DNA of 61,666 bases, the filler included, from an uncultured bacterium (lineage in GTDB: Bacteria; DAOPZR01): the NCBI GenBank assembly GCA_964637655.1. It is 6 parts of 6 records of this genome, joined end to end, with 100 filler letters (N's around TTAATTAATTAA, not from the genome) between each part and the next. Parts side by side here need not be neighbours in the genome. Positions count along the whole stretch, not along the records: positions 51,522 to 61,666 come from CAZWUZ010000135.1; 5 more parts are not named here. One strand, written 5' to 3'. Position 1 is the first letter of the stretch. Every line of letters starts with the position of its first letter. The notes under the pieces were generated by a model, which worked only from the letters and a program-made list of their open reading frames with translations, had not been told where the DNA came from and made no database searches. Position numbers and translations under genes: made by a program. This document shows positions 60,468 through 61,666 of the stretch, in pieces.

Positions 60468-60974
60468 ATGACGACGCAGGACGACTGGCAGGACGAACGG
60501 ACGCGCTACCGGCTGCTGCTGGGCGGACTGGGGAGCATGCTGCTGGTGGCGGTGCTGCTGGCGGTGAGCACGACCACGGCCTACCACCGGGAGCGGGCGC
60601 GCAACGCGGAGGGGCGGCAGGCGCAGCTGCGGCAACTTGACCGTTTGCAGCGCGAACTCGACGTGCAGGAACGCGCGGTGCCGCCCACGGTACTGACGCC
60701 CGCCGACCTCATAGCGCTCTACGCGAAGGGACTGCGCGAGCCGCTGCGCGAGATTCCCGCCGACCTGCAGCAGCATCCCGAACTCATTCCGTGGCCGGGC
60801 GTGGCGGGCGGCACGATGCGTTTCCTGTCGGCAGACGACATCCATGTGCTCAACGGACGCTGGGTGCTGGCGGCATGCGAGGACGGTCATGTGCGCGGGA
60901 CGCTGCTGCTGGAATATGCGGTGAGTGACACCGGCGCCATCAGCTGGCAGGTGCTGGCGTCCGCGCGCGAATAG
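60468..60974 (+). CDS. Conserved hypothetical membrane-anchored protein
   Basis: TM, coiled coil, LIPWPGVAGGTMRF..WVLAACEDGH; GGAGG RBS. Confidence 0.7.
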   Translation: MTTQDDWQDERTRYRLLLGGLGSMLLVAVLLAVSTTTAYHRERARNAEGRQAQLRQLDRLQRELDVQERAVPPTVLTPADLIALYAKGLREPLREIPADLQQHPELIPWPGVAGGTMRFLSADDIHVLNGRWVLAACEDGHVRGTLLLEYAVSDTGAISWQVLASARE

Positions 60975-61142
60975 CGGTTGCGCGTCAGTCCCGGCATGCC
61001 GTACCGGCGGGCACGGGCGGCAGCAATGCGATGGTGGTGATGCAGTGTGTGAGCGCGTAAGAGAGCGACTCCGGAAATTTCGTGGTGCGCGACTCCGGAA
61101 GCGGATGAGGGTACACGAATACGTCAGGAGGAGCGAACCGTT

Positions 61143-61170
61143 AAAAGCGCCCCCGCGGGTGCGGGGGCGC
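61143..61170 (-). terminator. Intrinsic terminator downstream of trpB2
   Basis: GCGCCCCCGC-loop-GCGGGGGCGC followed by TTTT on the minus strand. Confidence 0.7.
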
Positions 61171-61185
61171 CATGACGGATAGACG

Positions 61186-61666
61186 CTACGGTTTCGGCAG
61201 ACCCTCGATGACTTTCAGTGAATCGCGCAGTTCGTTTTCCGGCAGGGAATGGTCGCTGATCGCCCCCGACATATAGCGCTCATAGCCCACCAGGTCCATC
61301 ATGCCGTGCCCGCTGTAGCAGAAGAGGATGTTCTTCTGTTTCCCCTCCTCGCGCGCCTTGTTCGCTTCCTCGACCACCGCGGCAATGGCATGGCTGGTTT
61401 CAGGGGCCGGAACGAAGCCCTCGGTCTGCGCCCAGAGCAGCGCCGCCTCGAAACATTTCGACTGGTGCACCGCGCGCGGGGTGACAAGATTGTCGTTGAT
61501 GGCCGCGCTGACCAGTGGCGCAATCCCGTGGTAGCGCAGTCCGCCGGCGTGAATCGGTTCGGGAATGAAGGCATGCCCGAGTGTGTGCATCGCCAGCAGC
61601 GGGGTCATGCGCGCGGTGTCGCCGTGGTCGTAGGCGTATTCGCCGCGAGTCATTGTCGGGCAGGCT
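61186..61666 (-). CDS. trpB2: TrpB2-type PLP enzyme (partial)
   Basis: YDHGD, MHTLGH, IHAGGLRYHG, PAPETSHAI, SGHG. Confidence 0.92.
   Translation of the reverse strand, partial: ACPTMTRGEYAYDHGDTARMTPLLAMHTLGHAFIPEPIHAGGLRYHGIAPLVSAAINDNLVTPRAVHQSKCFEAALLWAQTEGFVPAPETSHAIAAVVEEANKAREEGKQKNILFCYSGHGMMDLVGYERYMSGAISDHSLPENELRDSLKVIEGLPKP

Overview
High-GC bacterial (diderm, probably anaerobic) draft or MAG sequence made of six ~10.2 kb contigs joined by artificial N/TTAATTAATTAA linkers (10240-10339, 20573-20672, 30892-30991, 41166-41265, 51422-51521). Contig 1: tandem orphan sensor kinases, a membrane 4Fe-4S protein, MOSC, a CoA-disulfide reductase-rhodanese fusion, AI-2E, DUF89, a J-domain protein, a YhaM-like protein and DUF134. 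Contig 2: queA with a duplicated 3' end bracketing an ORF6N + hypothetical cassette, HU, envelope genes, tRNA-Arg(TCT) and an AbiEi/AbiEii pair. Contig 3: an 'orange protein'-like Fe-S/metal cluster (NifB/NifX x2, ferredoxin-MinD ATPases x2, Mrp, DUF364 x2, NifU, DsrE, MBL, DUF5320, PdaD, radical SAM x2, ZIP); its first 116 bp overlap the end of contig 1, suggesting one ~20 kb locus. Contig 4: glycosylation genes, rnpB, a transglutaminase-like gene, a degenerate sigma54-type regulator and prfB. Contig 5: tilS-ftsH-folP-cdaA-cdaR-glmM-pdxJ-glmS. Contig 6: a glycosyltransferase cluster, a DUF560/Slam-like barrel facing a FecR + TbpB-barrel-like secreted protein (candidate type XI secretion pair) and trpB2. 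Several small REP/MITE-like repeat families recur. All calls come from motif recognition by eye; no searches were run.
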